Source: Vitrella brassicaformis CCMP3155
Taxonomy: Eukaryota > Protista > Chromerida
Assembly (NCBI GenBank): GCA_001179505.1
Contig: CDMY01000743.1
Span: 1-25,232 of the forward strand
Direction of reading: 5' to 3'
Length of the DNA: 25,232 nucleotides
Shown piece by piece: positions 10,447 to 22,242 of this stretch (its first letter is position 1; every line of letters begins with the position of its first letter). The notes under the pieces were generated by a model. The model did not search any database. It had not been told where the DNA came from and saw nothing but the letters and a program-made list of their open reading frames with translations. The translations under genes and the position numbers were made by a program.

Positions 10447-12219
10447 ATGGTGAACACAATGGTGTTAGTGCTGGCTTTTGTCGCCTCGGCCCTATGCGCG
10501 GCCACTAGCGTCGCCGATCATCCTGCGCTGCATCTGCTTTTTAGCGAGAACCAAACTGCCGTTTTGACGAAGCGCTCGGGTGCATCGGGGAAGCTCGTTG
10601 TCAGTGATGCCCCACCTGTTCAGCTGAAGCGCTCTCATTTCGAGGTCACCGAGATCCTTTCCAACGTGACAAAAGAGTCCGTTGAGCTTCCTAGATGATC
10701 GATTGATGTGAAAGGGGTCCGTTGAGCTTGGAGGTTTGCTTGGTGTGGTCAGTCAAGATGATGAATGGACTGGTGAGGTGGTGATGGACAACAGAGAAAG
10801 GGCTGACAAGGTCATCAGCAATATCCACTCGTTCGCATCTGTCAACAGCACTGTCGGAGGAGAGCTCGTTGGCGGCAACTTAATACTGAGCCAACACTAC
10901 GTCTCCGCCGAATGTATTTGCTATCCTAACTTGGCCAAGGTGACATTCCCTTTCTATCGTTCTGACGTTTGCGACCGCCCGATTGCTGGCATTATCGTCT
11001 TCGATAACGGCCCTGAGAGCCATCACGCCCTCCTCGTGAAGGATGAAGATGATAATGATGTTTTATGTCCGGCGGTCGTCTTTTTCGATACAACGGCGTT
11101 CATCAACACAACTTTCGAGATTCGCCATGATGTTCGGGGGGAACATTTGGAGTCGACGCTATGGGTTAGGAAGAAAGCGGGAAGCACAAACGGTAAGGAA
11201 CAGAGTGTTCGGACGACTTACAGGAGGTTTGCTAATGTCGAGTTTGCTCACTTGACAGCCCTGCAGCCTCTAGCTATTGTCGATGCTCGAGGAATCCAAA
11301 GAGGCCAAGATCTCAAAGGGTTGCATCTCCAGCTAGAGCGGATCAATATTCCAACTCAAGACTAGATCAGCTATTGGATCTCTGATTACTTCTTTCAAGC
11401 TGAGCGACTCGGTCGAGAGGCTCTAACGGAGGATATCGAGGCGTTGTTGCGACGGGATTCAGAGATTTTGAGGAGCGATCGAATAGACGACCTACGATCG
11501 ACATGGAGTAGAAGCGTCTTCTTCGCTAAAGTCGGGGTGCTCGTTCTATTTGTCTTTGCCTTTATCGAGAGTATGCGCAAGCTCTCGGAACTCACCATAT
11601 GCAAATCGAAGGCAGAAATGCGCTCGAAGGCAGCCGAAGTTGTGCTGACGCTGCTTGTTATGAGTGGCTCGATATGCTTTATCATCTTCATGTTTGATCA
11701 AGCTCGAGAGATAAGCAGCAACATCCAGGACAACAACGAGTACTTGAAATCCTTACGTTCGACCGAAGTGGTATTTTTTGATCCGAGTTTGGCTCTACTG
11801 AGTTTAGTAATGCGGGCTTGCTGAATCTCTATGTCGCAAGGATGACGCACTCTATCGCCGCTCCAGACCCAAGCACGACAGATGCCGACTACCCCATTCT
11901 CCTGGTCAAGTGCGGGTGGGCAATCTGGGGTGGTGTCTTGCTGGCATTATGGGCAACTGGTCTTGTCCGCATCTCGAAGAGCTTCTGGGAGAACGCTGAT
12001 ATTTCATGCATTTTTCCAAGACAAAGGTCCCAAGACGACTACCCTGACATCTGCGCTTTTGTGGGCGATGCACTTATTGGCGTGTGCGCTGTTTTTCTGT
12101 GCTTCTGTACTGCAATACATTGGCTAATATTGGCCGAGCCCTTCGTGACTTCATATGTCTGTATTTGCCCTGTCGATTGCCCCCAGACAGACCTGAGGCA
12201 CTTGTTTAGTATTGTTTAA
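10447..12219 (+). pseudogene. Disrupted gene for a multi-pass membrane protein with a large glycosylated extracellular domain (possibly polycystin/TRP-like)
   Basis: Four ORF-track pieces join into one frame after three repairs: removing the 40 nt between the direct repeats gtccgttgagctt (10677-10689 and 10717-10729), reading through one TAG (11363-11365), and one frameshift near 11815. Product: hydrophobic N-terminus, sequons NQT/NVT/NST/NTT, then about 5 hydrophobic helices. The channel-family assignment is inference only. Confidence 0.6.
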
Positions 12220-13054
12220 GCTGTGCCGTCTATGGAAGAGAGGAGGGGAAGGAGAGGCAAGGAAGAGTCAAGCGTAAGGAGTACGGCTTAGCGAGCTTGC
12301 TGACAAGCAGTCATTTGCATGTCTCTCCCTTCTATTAGTGCATTCNNNNNNNNNNNNNNNNNNNNNNNNNNNNNNNNNNNNNNNNNNNNNNNNNNNNNNN
12401 NNNNNNNNNNNNNNNNNNNNNNNNNNNNNNNNNNNNNNNNNNNNNNNNNNNNNNNNNNNNNNNNNNNNNNNNNNNNNNNNNNNNNNNNNNNNNNNNNNNN
12501 NNNNNNNNNNNNNNNNNNNNNNNNNNNNNNNNNNNNNNNNNNNNNNNNNNNNNNNNNNNNNNNNNNNNNNNNNNNNNNNNNNNNNNNNNNNNNNNNNNNN
12601 NNNNNNNNNNNNNNNNNNNNNNNNNNNNNNNNNNNNNNNNNNNNNCAGATCCAGTCTCTGCAGAGCTCCATTGAACCTGCAAGATTCGGTAACTTTGGAA
12701 TAATCCAAGTGAAGTCTTCTTACTCTGTTAGTGATGGCAGCACGAAAGCGTGAAAACCAGTCTCTGACGCTATCTATTCCTCGCTCCATTTCAGGCTTCG
12801 GGAAGCTTACAGATCCTCTTTCTTATAAATCTACTCATATACTGACGCGAATTGAACAGTTGTTGAGTAAATGAATAGTGACGCTGATGAGGCATTGAAT
12901 ACTAATGTGTATAAAGCAGAAGGAGCATGTCGGACTCCAAATCACACGTTTTCTGTACCTCGTCTGCGGCCGAATTAGGCAAGACAAATCACTCATTGCA
13001 ACTGAGTTATATCGCTATCCAACAGCACGCCACAGGTATGCAGACAATGTCTAC

Positions 13055-13757
13055 AATGTCAAATGCTCGGCCGAGGGTATCACCATCCTTGGCTGCCCTC
13101 TTGGCACCACGCCTTTCGTGCAGCGTTCCCTCGAGAAGATCGTCAGCGATCACAAGCCGCTGCTCGACGCGATTGTAACCTTCTCTCAGATGGGCCTGCA
13201 TGGATCTGGCTTGCTTCTCCGCTATTGCGCGTGTCCCCGGCTAAACTACTGGCTGCGCCTTCTCCCCCCACACACCGACTTTCCCCTGCCAGCCGCCGAG
13301 AAACATGACGCCGCTATCATCACGACCTTTAGGCGCATGTTTCGCTTCCCCGGCGACTTTCCCAGCTCGATGTCTGCGCAAGTCCAACTGCCTATTCGGC
13401 TGGGGGGTTTCGGCCTTATCTCTGCAGTTTCGATCGATCGCGCCGCCTATGTGGGATCAGTCGCGGCCACCACTTCTGATGTCTCTAGCCGCTTCCGCGG
13501 AGCCCGTTGGATGTTTCAAGGGGGAGCCTCCGCCCTCCTTGACCTGCCCTGGCTTCAAGCAGCAGCTCCTGCCCTCACAGCGCTCTCGGCAGTGGTCGGC
13601 CCCTCTTTCTCTCTCCCCTCCCTCCAGGACCTCATCTCAAGACCGCAGGTGCGCCTGCAACATCGGCTGACCGACCAACTTCACAAGGCCCGCTTCAACG
13701 AGCTCTTCAACTCCCTCCCGCCTGAAAGCAGGTCCTGCTGCCGCCTCTTGAGCTCCA
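13055..13757 (+). mobile_element. RLE-type non-LTR retrotransposon family A, 5'-truncated, copy 1 (RT thumb region)
   Basis: GITILGCPLG, LLRYCACPRLNYWLR and QLPIRLGGFG are typical post-YADD/thumb motifs of CRE-like elements; ends at the gap. Confidence 0.85.
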
Positions 13758-14465
13758 NNNNNNNNNNNNNNNNNNNNNNNNNNNNNNNNNNNNNNNNNNN
13801 NNNNNNNNNNNNNNNNNNNNNNNNNNNNNNNNNNNNNNNNNNNNNNNNNNNNNNNNNNNNNNNNNNNNNNNNNNNNNNNNNNNNNNNNNNNNNNNNNNNN
13901 NNNNNNNNNNNNNNNNNNNNNNNNNNNNNNNNNNNNNNNNNNNNNNNNNNNNNNNNNNNNNNNNNNNNNNNNNNNNNNNNNNNNNNNNNNNNNNNNNNNN
14001 NNNNNNNNNNNNNNNNNNNNNNNNNNNNNNNNNNNNNNNNNNNNNNNNNNNNNNNNNAGATCCAGTCTCTGCAGAGCTCCATTGAACCTGCAAGATTCGG
14101 TAACTTTGGAATAATCCAAGTGAAGTCTTCTTACTCTGTTAGTGATGGCAGCACGAAAGCGTGAAAACCAGTCTCTGACGCTATCTATTCCTCGCTCCAT
14201 TTCAGGCTTCGGGAAGCTTACAGATCCTCTTTCTTATAAATCTACTCATATACTGACGCGAATTGAACAGTTGTTGAGTAAATGAATAGTGACGCTGATG
14301 AGGCATTGAATACTAATGTGTATAAAGCAGAAGGAGCATGTCGGACTCCAAATCACACGTTTTCTGTACCTCGTCTGCGGCCGAATTAGGCAAGACAAAT
14401 CACTCATTGCAACTGAGTTATATCGCTATCCAACAGCACGCCACAGGTATGCAGACAATGTCTAC

Positions 14466-15487
14466 AATGTCAAATGCTCGGCCGAGGGTATCACCATCCT
14501 TGGCTGCCCTCTTGGCACCACACCTTTCGTGCAGCGTTCCCTCGAGAAGATCGTCAGCGATCACAAGCCGCTGCTCGACGCGATTGTAACCTTCTCTCAG
14601 GTGGGCCTGCATGGACCTGGCTTGCTTCTCCGCTATTGCGCGTCTCCCCGGCTAAACTACTGGCTGCGCCTTCTCCCCCCACACACCGACTTTCCCCTGC
14701 CAGCCGCCGAGAAACATGACGCCGCTATCATCACGACCTTTAGGCGCATGTTTCGCTTCCCCGGCGACTTTCCCAGCTCGATGTCTGCGCAAGTCCAACT
14801 GCCTATTCGGCTGGGGGGTTTCGGCCTTATCTCGCAGTTTCGATCGCTCGCGCCGCCTATGTGGGATCAGTCGCGGCCACGACTTCTGATGTCTCTAGCC
14901 GCTTCAGCGGAGCCCGTTGGATGTTTCAAGGGGGAGCCTCCGCCCTCCTTGACCTGCCCTGGCTTCAAGCAGCAGCTCCTGCCCTCACAGCGCTCTCGGC
15001 AGTGGTCGGCCCCTCTTTCTCTCTCCCCTCCCTCCAGGACCTCATCTCAAGACCGCAGGTGCGCCTGCAACATCGGCTGACCGACCAACTTCACAAGGCC
15101 CGCTTCAACGAGCTCTTCAACTCCCTCCCGCCTGAAAGCAGGTCCTGCTGCCGCCTCTTGAGCTCCAGGGGCCGCTCTCGTCTGGTTGGCTGTCGGCGGT
15201 CCCGTCCAGCGACCACAAGACGCTGAACAACTTCCAGTACCGTCTCGCCGTCGCCGAGCGTCTCGGCATTGCCCTCCCGCACGCAACCGTCATGCAGCGA
15301 TGCACCTGCGGCGGGGAGGTTGACGAGTTTGGCGACCACTATTTTCTCTGCCATACGGGCGGCGAGCGGATCTTTGAGACACAACAACATGCGCAAGCTG
15401 TTTTTTCGCGTTTTGGCGGAAGCAGACGTGCCGTCCAACGTGGAGGCGCCCCTGCAGAGCCTCGGCATCACCCCACCCGACGACAGC
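14466..15487 (+). mobile_element. Family A copy 2 (thumb to zinc knuckle); overlaps copies 1 and 3 in sequence
   Basis: Offset 1411 from copy 1. Has a 1-bp deletion (atctcgcag vs atctctgcag) and reaches CTCGGEVDEFGDHYFLC. Confidence 0.85.
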
Positions 15488-15787
15488 NNNNNNNNNNNNN
15501 NNNNNNNNNNNNNNNNNNNNNNNNNNNNNNNNNNNNNNNNNNNNNNNNNNNNNNNNNNNNNNNNNNNNNNNNNNNNNNNNNNNNNNNNNNNNNNNNNNNN
15601 NNNNNNNNNNNNNNNNNNNNNNNNNNNNNNNNNNNNNNNNNNNNNNNNNNNNNNNNNNNNNNNNNNNNNNNNNNNNNNNNNNNNNNNNNNNNNNNNNNNN
15701 NNNNNNNNNNNNNNNNNNNNNNNNNNNNNNNNNNNNNNNNNNNNNNNNNNNNNNNNNNNNNNNNNNNNNNNNNNNNNNNNNNNNNNN

Positions 15788-17392
15788 CTCTCAGGTGGGC
15801 CTGCATGGACCTGGCTTGCTTCTCCGCTATTGCGCGTCTCCCCGGCTAAACTACTGGCTGCGCCTTCTCCCCCCACACACCGACTTTCCCCTGCCAGCCG
15901 CCGAGAAACATGACGACGCTATCATCACGACCTTCAGGCGCATGTTTCGCTTCCCCGGCGACTTTCCCTGCTCGATGTCTGCGCAAGTCCAACTGCCTAT
16001 TCGGCTGGGGGGTTTCGGCCTTATCTCGCAGTTTCGATCGCTCGCGCCGCCTATGTGGGATCAGTCGCGGCCACGACTTCTGATGTCTCTAGCCGCTTCA
16101 GCGGAGCCCGTTGGATGTTTCAAGGGGGAGCCTCCGCCCTCCTTGACCTGCCCTGGCTTCAAGCAGCAGCTCCTGCCCTCACAGCGCTCTCGGCAGTGGT
16201 CGGCCCCTCTTTCTCTCTCCCCTCCCTCCAGGACCTCATCTCAAGACCGCAGGTGCGCCTGCAACATCGGCTGACCGACCAACTTCACAAGGCCCGCTTC
16301 AACGAGCTCTTCAACTCCCTCCCGCCTGAAAGCAGGTCCTGCTGCCGCCTCTTGAGCTCCAGGGGCCGCTCTCGTCTGGTTGGCTGTCGGCGGTCCCGTC
16401 CAGCGACCACAAGACGCTGAACAACTTCCAGTACCGTCTCGCCGTCGCCGAGCGTCTCGGCATTGCCCTCCCGCACGCAACCGTCATGCAGCGATGCACC
16501 TGCGGCGGGGAGGTTGACGAGTTTGGCGACCACTATTTTCTCTGCCATACGGGCGGCGAGCGGATCTTTGAGACACAACAACATGCGCAAGCTGTTTTTT
16601 CGCGTTTTGGCGGAAGCAGACGTGCCGTCCAACGTGGAGGCGCCCCTGCAGAGCCTCGGCATCACCCCACCCGACGACAGCCCCAACAGCCAGCGCATGG
16701 ACATCTACTGCGTGATCGACGGACATGACTATCTCCTCGGTGTCACTATCACCTACCCCTGCCGACCTGACGCCTCCACTATCCCTTTTCACCGGACGGT
16801 GAACCGGCGCGGCGCGCAGCTGCCTGGTGGGAAAGCAGCAGGACTGGCGGAGAAGGAGAAGATCGACAAGTATGGTCCTGCCGCCCGTGCAGCCGGCTTT
16901 CGCTTCGTCCCTCTCGCGAAGGAGACATTCGGCAGATGGGGAGAGAAGACGATGGATTTCCTGAAGATGCTGGCCAAGAGGAAGCCCCGCCCCACTTCCA
17001 TCCCCGCCGATGAGGACGGAGCTTTCCGCGAGAGTGTCATCAAACATTGGAGCCAACTCCTGTCCGTCGAGCTGACGAAGCACAACGCGTTCCAGGTGGC
17101 CAGCCGAGCGCAGCGCGCCGCAGCCGCCAGGGGTCCTCGGAGGGCCCACGCCTTCCCAGAAGACTCTGTCAGCCGCGGGCCATACAGGCCCCACACCATC
17201 CCCGCCTCTGTGCTATAAGCAGGCGGGCGGGTGCTTTCGTGCAGGGTTGGTGTTTGGGTGTGTGTGTGTGTGTCTCGCGTGTGTGTTTTCGATGTTTTGC
17301 CTTCTTCCGCGTGGCTTGCAATGGTCTGGTTGATTGGAACGCTAGTGTCTTTGGTTGAGACGGATTTCGTCGCCCCTTTGTGTCTTTGCTTT
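15788..17392 (+). mobile_element. Family A copy 3 including zinc knuckle, restriction-like endonuclease and 3' UTR
   Basis: CTC-x8-H-x3-C knuckle, RHNN, RMDIY...LLGVT (second catalytic Asp appears as Gly, ggt 16739-16741), AEKEKIDKY, FVPLAKETFGRWG, stop at 17218. Frameshifts near 16024, 16365 and 16568 are shared with copy 2. Confidence 0.9.
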
Positions 17393-17459
17393 ACAATGTC
17401 TACCAACACGCCCCCATGTGTAATTTGGCTGTTTCTCGGCGGTTTCCCCTTCTCTCTGG

Positions 17460-20400
17460 ATGAGAGAGCACGTGTCTGACTACCTCCAACCCCCGCGCTC
17501 CCAGCTCCCTGCAAAGCGAGACACAGACGAGCCCCCATGTTGCGCATGCAACGCGAATGGACGGACTCAGCTGTGCAGAGAAACTGCTCATGCCGCCAGA
17601 AGGGAGCCCTCTGCACTAACTGTGTCAACTGCAAGCGTGGTACCTGCACGAATTTTGTGTATCCCATGCACCCGGTGATTTGCAGTGGTGATGTTGAATC
17701 TTCCCCTTCTGACGGCCCTGCCGCACCCTCCCCGGCCTCCTTCGTCGATGACAAGATGCAGGAGGCCTTCGGCGAGCCCCTCGTCAACTCGCCCGGCGAT
17801 GCGGGCTTTCCTGAGTGGGAGGAGTATCATCAGCGGGTCTGTCAGCTTCGCCTACGCTGTGTGACCCTATCCGATGGCAACCTTGGGGAAGCTATTGCTG
17901 ATGCTGTCGCTGACGAGGTGGAGAGCATTGCCGGACAGGAGGCGCCTGCAAAACGGCTCTTCGTCTTCATCCGCACACTGATCCAGCGAGATCCCGATGT
18001 GCGGCAAACCAAGGACATCCGCCGGGTGGTCTGGCGGCGGCTGGAGATGTGGCGGGACGGGCTGGTGGAGGCGCTCTGCGAGGCTGAGCGACTGGACCAG
18101 CAGTTCGCCACCACTCAGCCCCCTCTTGACGACGAGTCCGTCTACCGCATCTTCAACAGACTCATGCAGGGCAAGATCCGGGCGGCCGTCCGCTTCGTCA
18201 CCGAGAAGGGGGGGCGGGGGTGTCCTCCATCCTTCTGCTCAAGCTGAGAAGCGCCCACNNNNNNNNNNNNNNNNNNNNNNNNNNNNNNNNNNNNNNNNNN
18301 NNNNNNNNNNNNNNNNNNNNNNNNNNNNNNNNNNNNNNNNNNNNNNNNNNNNNNNNNNNNNNNNNNNNNNNNNNNNNNNNNNNNNNNNNNNNNNNNNNNN
18401 NNNNNNNNNNNNNNNNNNNNNNNNNNNNNNNNNNNNNNNNNNNNNNNNNNNNNNNNNNNNNNNNNNNNNNNNNNNNNNNNNNNNNNNNNNNNNNNNNNNN
18501 NNNNNNNNNNNNNNNNNNNNNNNNNNNNNNNNNNNNNNNNNNNNNNNNNNNNNNNNNNAGCTGTGCAGAGAAACTGCTCATGCCGCCAGAAGGGAGCCCT
18601 CTGCACTAACTGTGTCAACTGCAAGCGTGGTACCTGCACGAATTTTGTGTATCCCATGCACCCGGTGATTTGCAGTGGTGATGTTGAATCTTCCCCTTCT
18701 GACGGCCCTGCCGCACCCTCCCCGGCCTCCTTCGTCGATGACAAGATGCAGGAGGCCTTCGGCGAGCCCCTCGTCAACTCGCACGGCGATGCGGGCTTTC
18801 CTGAGTGGGAGGAGTATCATCAGCGGGTCTGTCAGCTTCGCCTACGCTGTGTGACCCTATCCGATGGCAACCTTGGCCGAGCTATTGCTGATGCTGTCGC
18901 TGACGAGGTGGGGAGCATTGCCGGGCAGGAGGCGCGTGCAGAACGGCTCTTCGTCTCCATCCGCACACTCATCCAGCGAGATCCCGATGTGCGGCAAACC
19001 AAGGACATCCGCCGGGTGGTCTGGCGGCGGCTGGAGATGTGGCGGGACGGGCTGGTGGAGGCGCTCTGCGAGGCTGAGCGACTGGACCAGCAGTTCGCCA
19101 CCACTCAGCCCCCTCTTGACGACGAGTCCGTCTACCGCATCTTCAACAGACTCATGCAGGGCAAGATCCGGGCGGCCGTCCGCTTCGTCACCGAGAAGGG
19201 GGGGCGGGGGTGTCCTCCATCCTTCTGCTCAAGCTGAGAAGCGCCCACCAGGCGTCACACTGCTCGACGTCCCTCGCGAGAAACACCCACCGCAGCAGCA
19301 GCCATGCGAGGAGGCCTTCCTTCCCTGCGACTCCCTCCCTCCCCTTATATATATATTATATTTAGACATGGACATCACTGAGTCAACGGCGGAGCGCACT
19401 ATACGAAGCCTGAGCGGGAGCGCTGGGCCGACTGGAGGCGACGTGGACTTCTGGCAGGGGCTCCTGCTTCGCTTCGGCGCCAAGAGCGGCCGCCTTCGCT
19501 CGGCAGTGGCTTCTCCCGTGTCCGCCCTGGCCAAAACCATTGTTCCCTGAGACAACATCAAGGCCCTGCGGTTGTGCCGCCTCATCGCACTCGACAAATG
19601 CCCGGGGGTCCGCCCGATTGGCATCGAAGAGGTCCTCTCTCGCCTGGCGGGGAAATGCACGGGCACCGGCGACTCGATCTGACCTGGAGACTGCGGCACC
19701 GATCAGCTGTGCATCGGTGAAGGCGGGCATCGAGGGGGCCGTGCATGCTATGAACGACATCTTCCAAGAGGATGGGACTGAAGGCTTTCTGCTGGTGGAT
19801 GCGAACAACGCTTTCAACAGCATCAGTCGACCTGGAGCCATCTGGAACACTCGTGTACTGTGGCCCCGCTGCTCTCGTCACGTGTCCAACACCTATTGAG
19901 GCTTCGCCGGCCTCTACCTGCAAGACTCGACAGACTGCCTGTGGAGCCGTGAAGTTGTAACCCAGGGCGATTCCTTGGCGGTGTTCGTCTACGCCTGCGG
20001 CAGCCTCCCCCTCATCCATGCTTTGCGGGCCGCCTGTGCTGAGGAGGGGTATCGGATGCCATCGAGTGGGAGGTAAGACGACCTTGGCGGGGATGAGTGT
20101 GGATCAGATGAGGATGAAAAGGAAAAGGGGTCATCAGAAGCCAATGACAAGCCATCAGAAGTGGAAGGGGGAGGGGTGGGTGCGTCTGTGTATCGGGTGT
20201 GGATGTAGATGTGAATGTGGAGGAGAATTCGCCTGTTCTTCGTCGGCCTCTTCGCCTGATGCCCCGCTTCGACAGTGCTGTTATGCGGACGACTCGTCGG
20301 CCCTCGGCAAACTTCTCGCTATCCTCGTGTGGTTCCGTGCCCTGTGTCGCATCGGCCCCTCATATGGCTACCACCCCGACCATGCCAAGTGCTTCCTCGT

Positions 20401-21855
20401 CGTCAAGCCCGACCTCGTGCACACCGCGCGAGAGCTGTTCGCGGCCGAGGGGGTGCAAATCGTCATGGGCAGGAGGTTTGTGGGCGGCTATATGGGTGAC
20501 GAGACGGGGAGGGCAGCCTTCCTCCGCGAGAAGGTCGAGGGTTGAGTGCACAGCGTGCGTGCGCTCATTTCAGCTTCCCGCAACTTCCCCCACACGGCCC
20601 ACGCGGCGATGACGCGGTCCTTGCAGAGAGAGTAGGGCTACGTCCTTCGAGTCGTGCTCACCGACGAGTGTGCGCCGAGCCCTCTTCGTGACGCCATCGT
20701 CAAGGAGTTCCTGCCTGCCCTCTTTGGCGGTCCGGTGACGCCCTCGGAGGCCGACCTGATACTTCTACCTGCCCGCTTCGGCGGCACCGGCATCTGAGAC
20801 CCGCTAAACCGAGCCGCAGCCGCATATCCCGCCTCTCGCGCGGGCACCAAGGTGCTCTCCCGGTCCATCCAAGGCAAGGCACCCTTCCACCCTAGCGATC
20901 ACCGTGCCACGCTTCGTCGCGCCCTCACACAGAGCCGGCAGCAGCAGGGCACCGCCCACAAGGCCAAGCGGGAAGCCGCCCTCCCTCACATCGACCGCCA
21001 GCGCCACCGCGCGATCAATCGCAGCGCCGAATACAAGACGTCCGGCTGGTTGACCACCCTTGTCCTGAAGGCCAGCAAGACTGATCTTGATGCTGCGGGG
21101 TTTCAGATCTCTCAATATGCAATACGGACGGTACCCGCCCGGCCTTGCTGCGCGCCGCGACCACTGCAACAAACCCCTCACCGTCACTCACGCGCTCGAC
21201 TGCAAGCGATACGGCCTGGTGAATCGGCGTCACAACGAGCTGAGGGACACCTTTGCTGAGCTGATTGGGATGGCGTGGGGTGCGGCTGGCGTGCGTCGGG
21301 AGGTGGTGTTGCAGGAGGGGACGAAGGGAGAGGACGGTGTCAGGGCGGACATTGTCCCTCGGAGCGTTTGGGAGCGGCAGGCGGCTGCATCGTATGACGT
21401 CTGCATCACTGATGCTGACGCACCCTCCTATGCTTCCAAGAACCGATCGATCAAGTCCATCCTGAAGGGCCACGAGAATAGCAAGAAGAACAAATACCGC
21501 GAGGCCATTCGCGACTCCCACATGTCCTTCACTCCCTTGGTGGTGACGTGCGACAGAGTGTGGGGACACGATGCCAACGTGATCATCGCCCACATGGCCC
21601 GTGCGCTGATGGAGAAGGAGGGGTGGACGGGACGGGAATTTGGCTATGTGTCTGGCTGGATTCGCTCGCGTCCGTCCATTGCTCTTGTGCGTGCCACTAG
21701 CTACTGCCTGCGTGGGGGAGGGAGGGCGTTTGGGGCATTGGGGTGTGATGGTGGGGCGGGATCGATCTCTCTTCCCCCTAACTGCGTATTCATGGGACTG
21801 GATTCATAAGTGATACGGACACAGGGACGATTGATTCGGTCAATGCAAGTACTTG
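17460..21855 (+). mobile_element. CRE-clade-like non-LTR retrotransposon family B, near full length but heavily mutated (17569-18258 repeated at 18559-19248 across a gap)
   Basis: Motifs across frames: Cys-rich N-terminus (CCACN...NCSCRQKGALCTNC), RPIGIEE (19611), QLCIG, DANNAFN (19798), TQGD (19960), YADD (20282), GYHP...KC, LPARFGG, HALDC..RHN (21189-21236), RADI...DVCITD, KKNKY, FTPLVV, GWIRSR...RATSYCLRG; stop at 21809. Multiple stops and frameshifts. Confidence 0.9.
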
Positions 21856-21860
21856 TTGTG

Positions 21861-22128
21861 TATACACACACTCCAAGTCGACGCGTGCATGCACAGGTGT
21901 GCGCACACAGACATTCATCATATACAGACACTCCAAGTCCAAATGTGCATGCGCCGGTGTGCGCACAGAGATATTCATCATATACCCACACTCCAAGTCC
22001 AAACGTGCAAACGCAGGTGGGCGCACAAAGATATTCATGATATACACCCACTCCAAGTCCAAATGTGCATACGCAGGTGTGCGCACAGAGACGTTCATGA
22101 TATAGACTCCAAGTCGACGCGCGCATGC
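21861..22128 (+). repeat. ~58-bp satellite, about 4.5 units, directly after the family B 3' end
   Basis: tatacacacactccaagtcgacgcgtgcatgcacaggtgtgcgcacacagacattcatca repeated with variants. Confidence 0.95.
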
Positions 22129-22129
22129 A

Positions 22130-22242
22130 AATGGGCGCGGTGAGCGCTGTAACGAATGGGAATCTCTCCCATCCAACCTGGTGACTCTGCTGACTGGCCT
22201 AGCTCCTGTCGCTCAAGCTGCATGGCGCTGAGAGCTCAGGCA
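22130..22242 (-). repeat. Dispersed ~110-bp repeat, copy 2
   Basis: Reverse-complement match to 8173-8282; abuts the satellite. Confidence 0.85.

Noticed and set aside
12884-12930. ctgatgag as a hammerhead ribozyme core (also ctgacgag at ~8979)
   Set aside because: No GAAA after a stem II and no closing stems. No convincing hammerhead was found near the PLE either, by eye only.
7177-18777. ORF-track entries containing long X runs
   Set aside because: Artefacts of translating across N gaps.
12646-19248. Real tandem array of telomere-targeting elements like Cnl1 or MoTeR
   Set aside because: Duplications match contig overlap + 300 N exactly, and no TTTAGGG/CCCTAAA is seen at any element junction.
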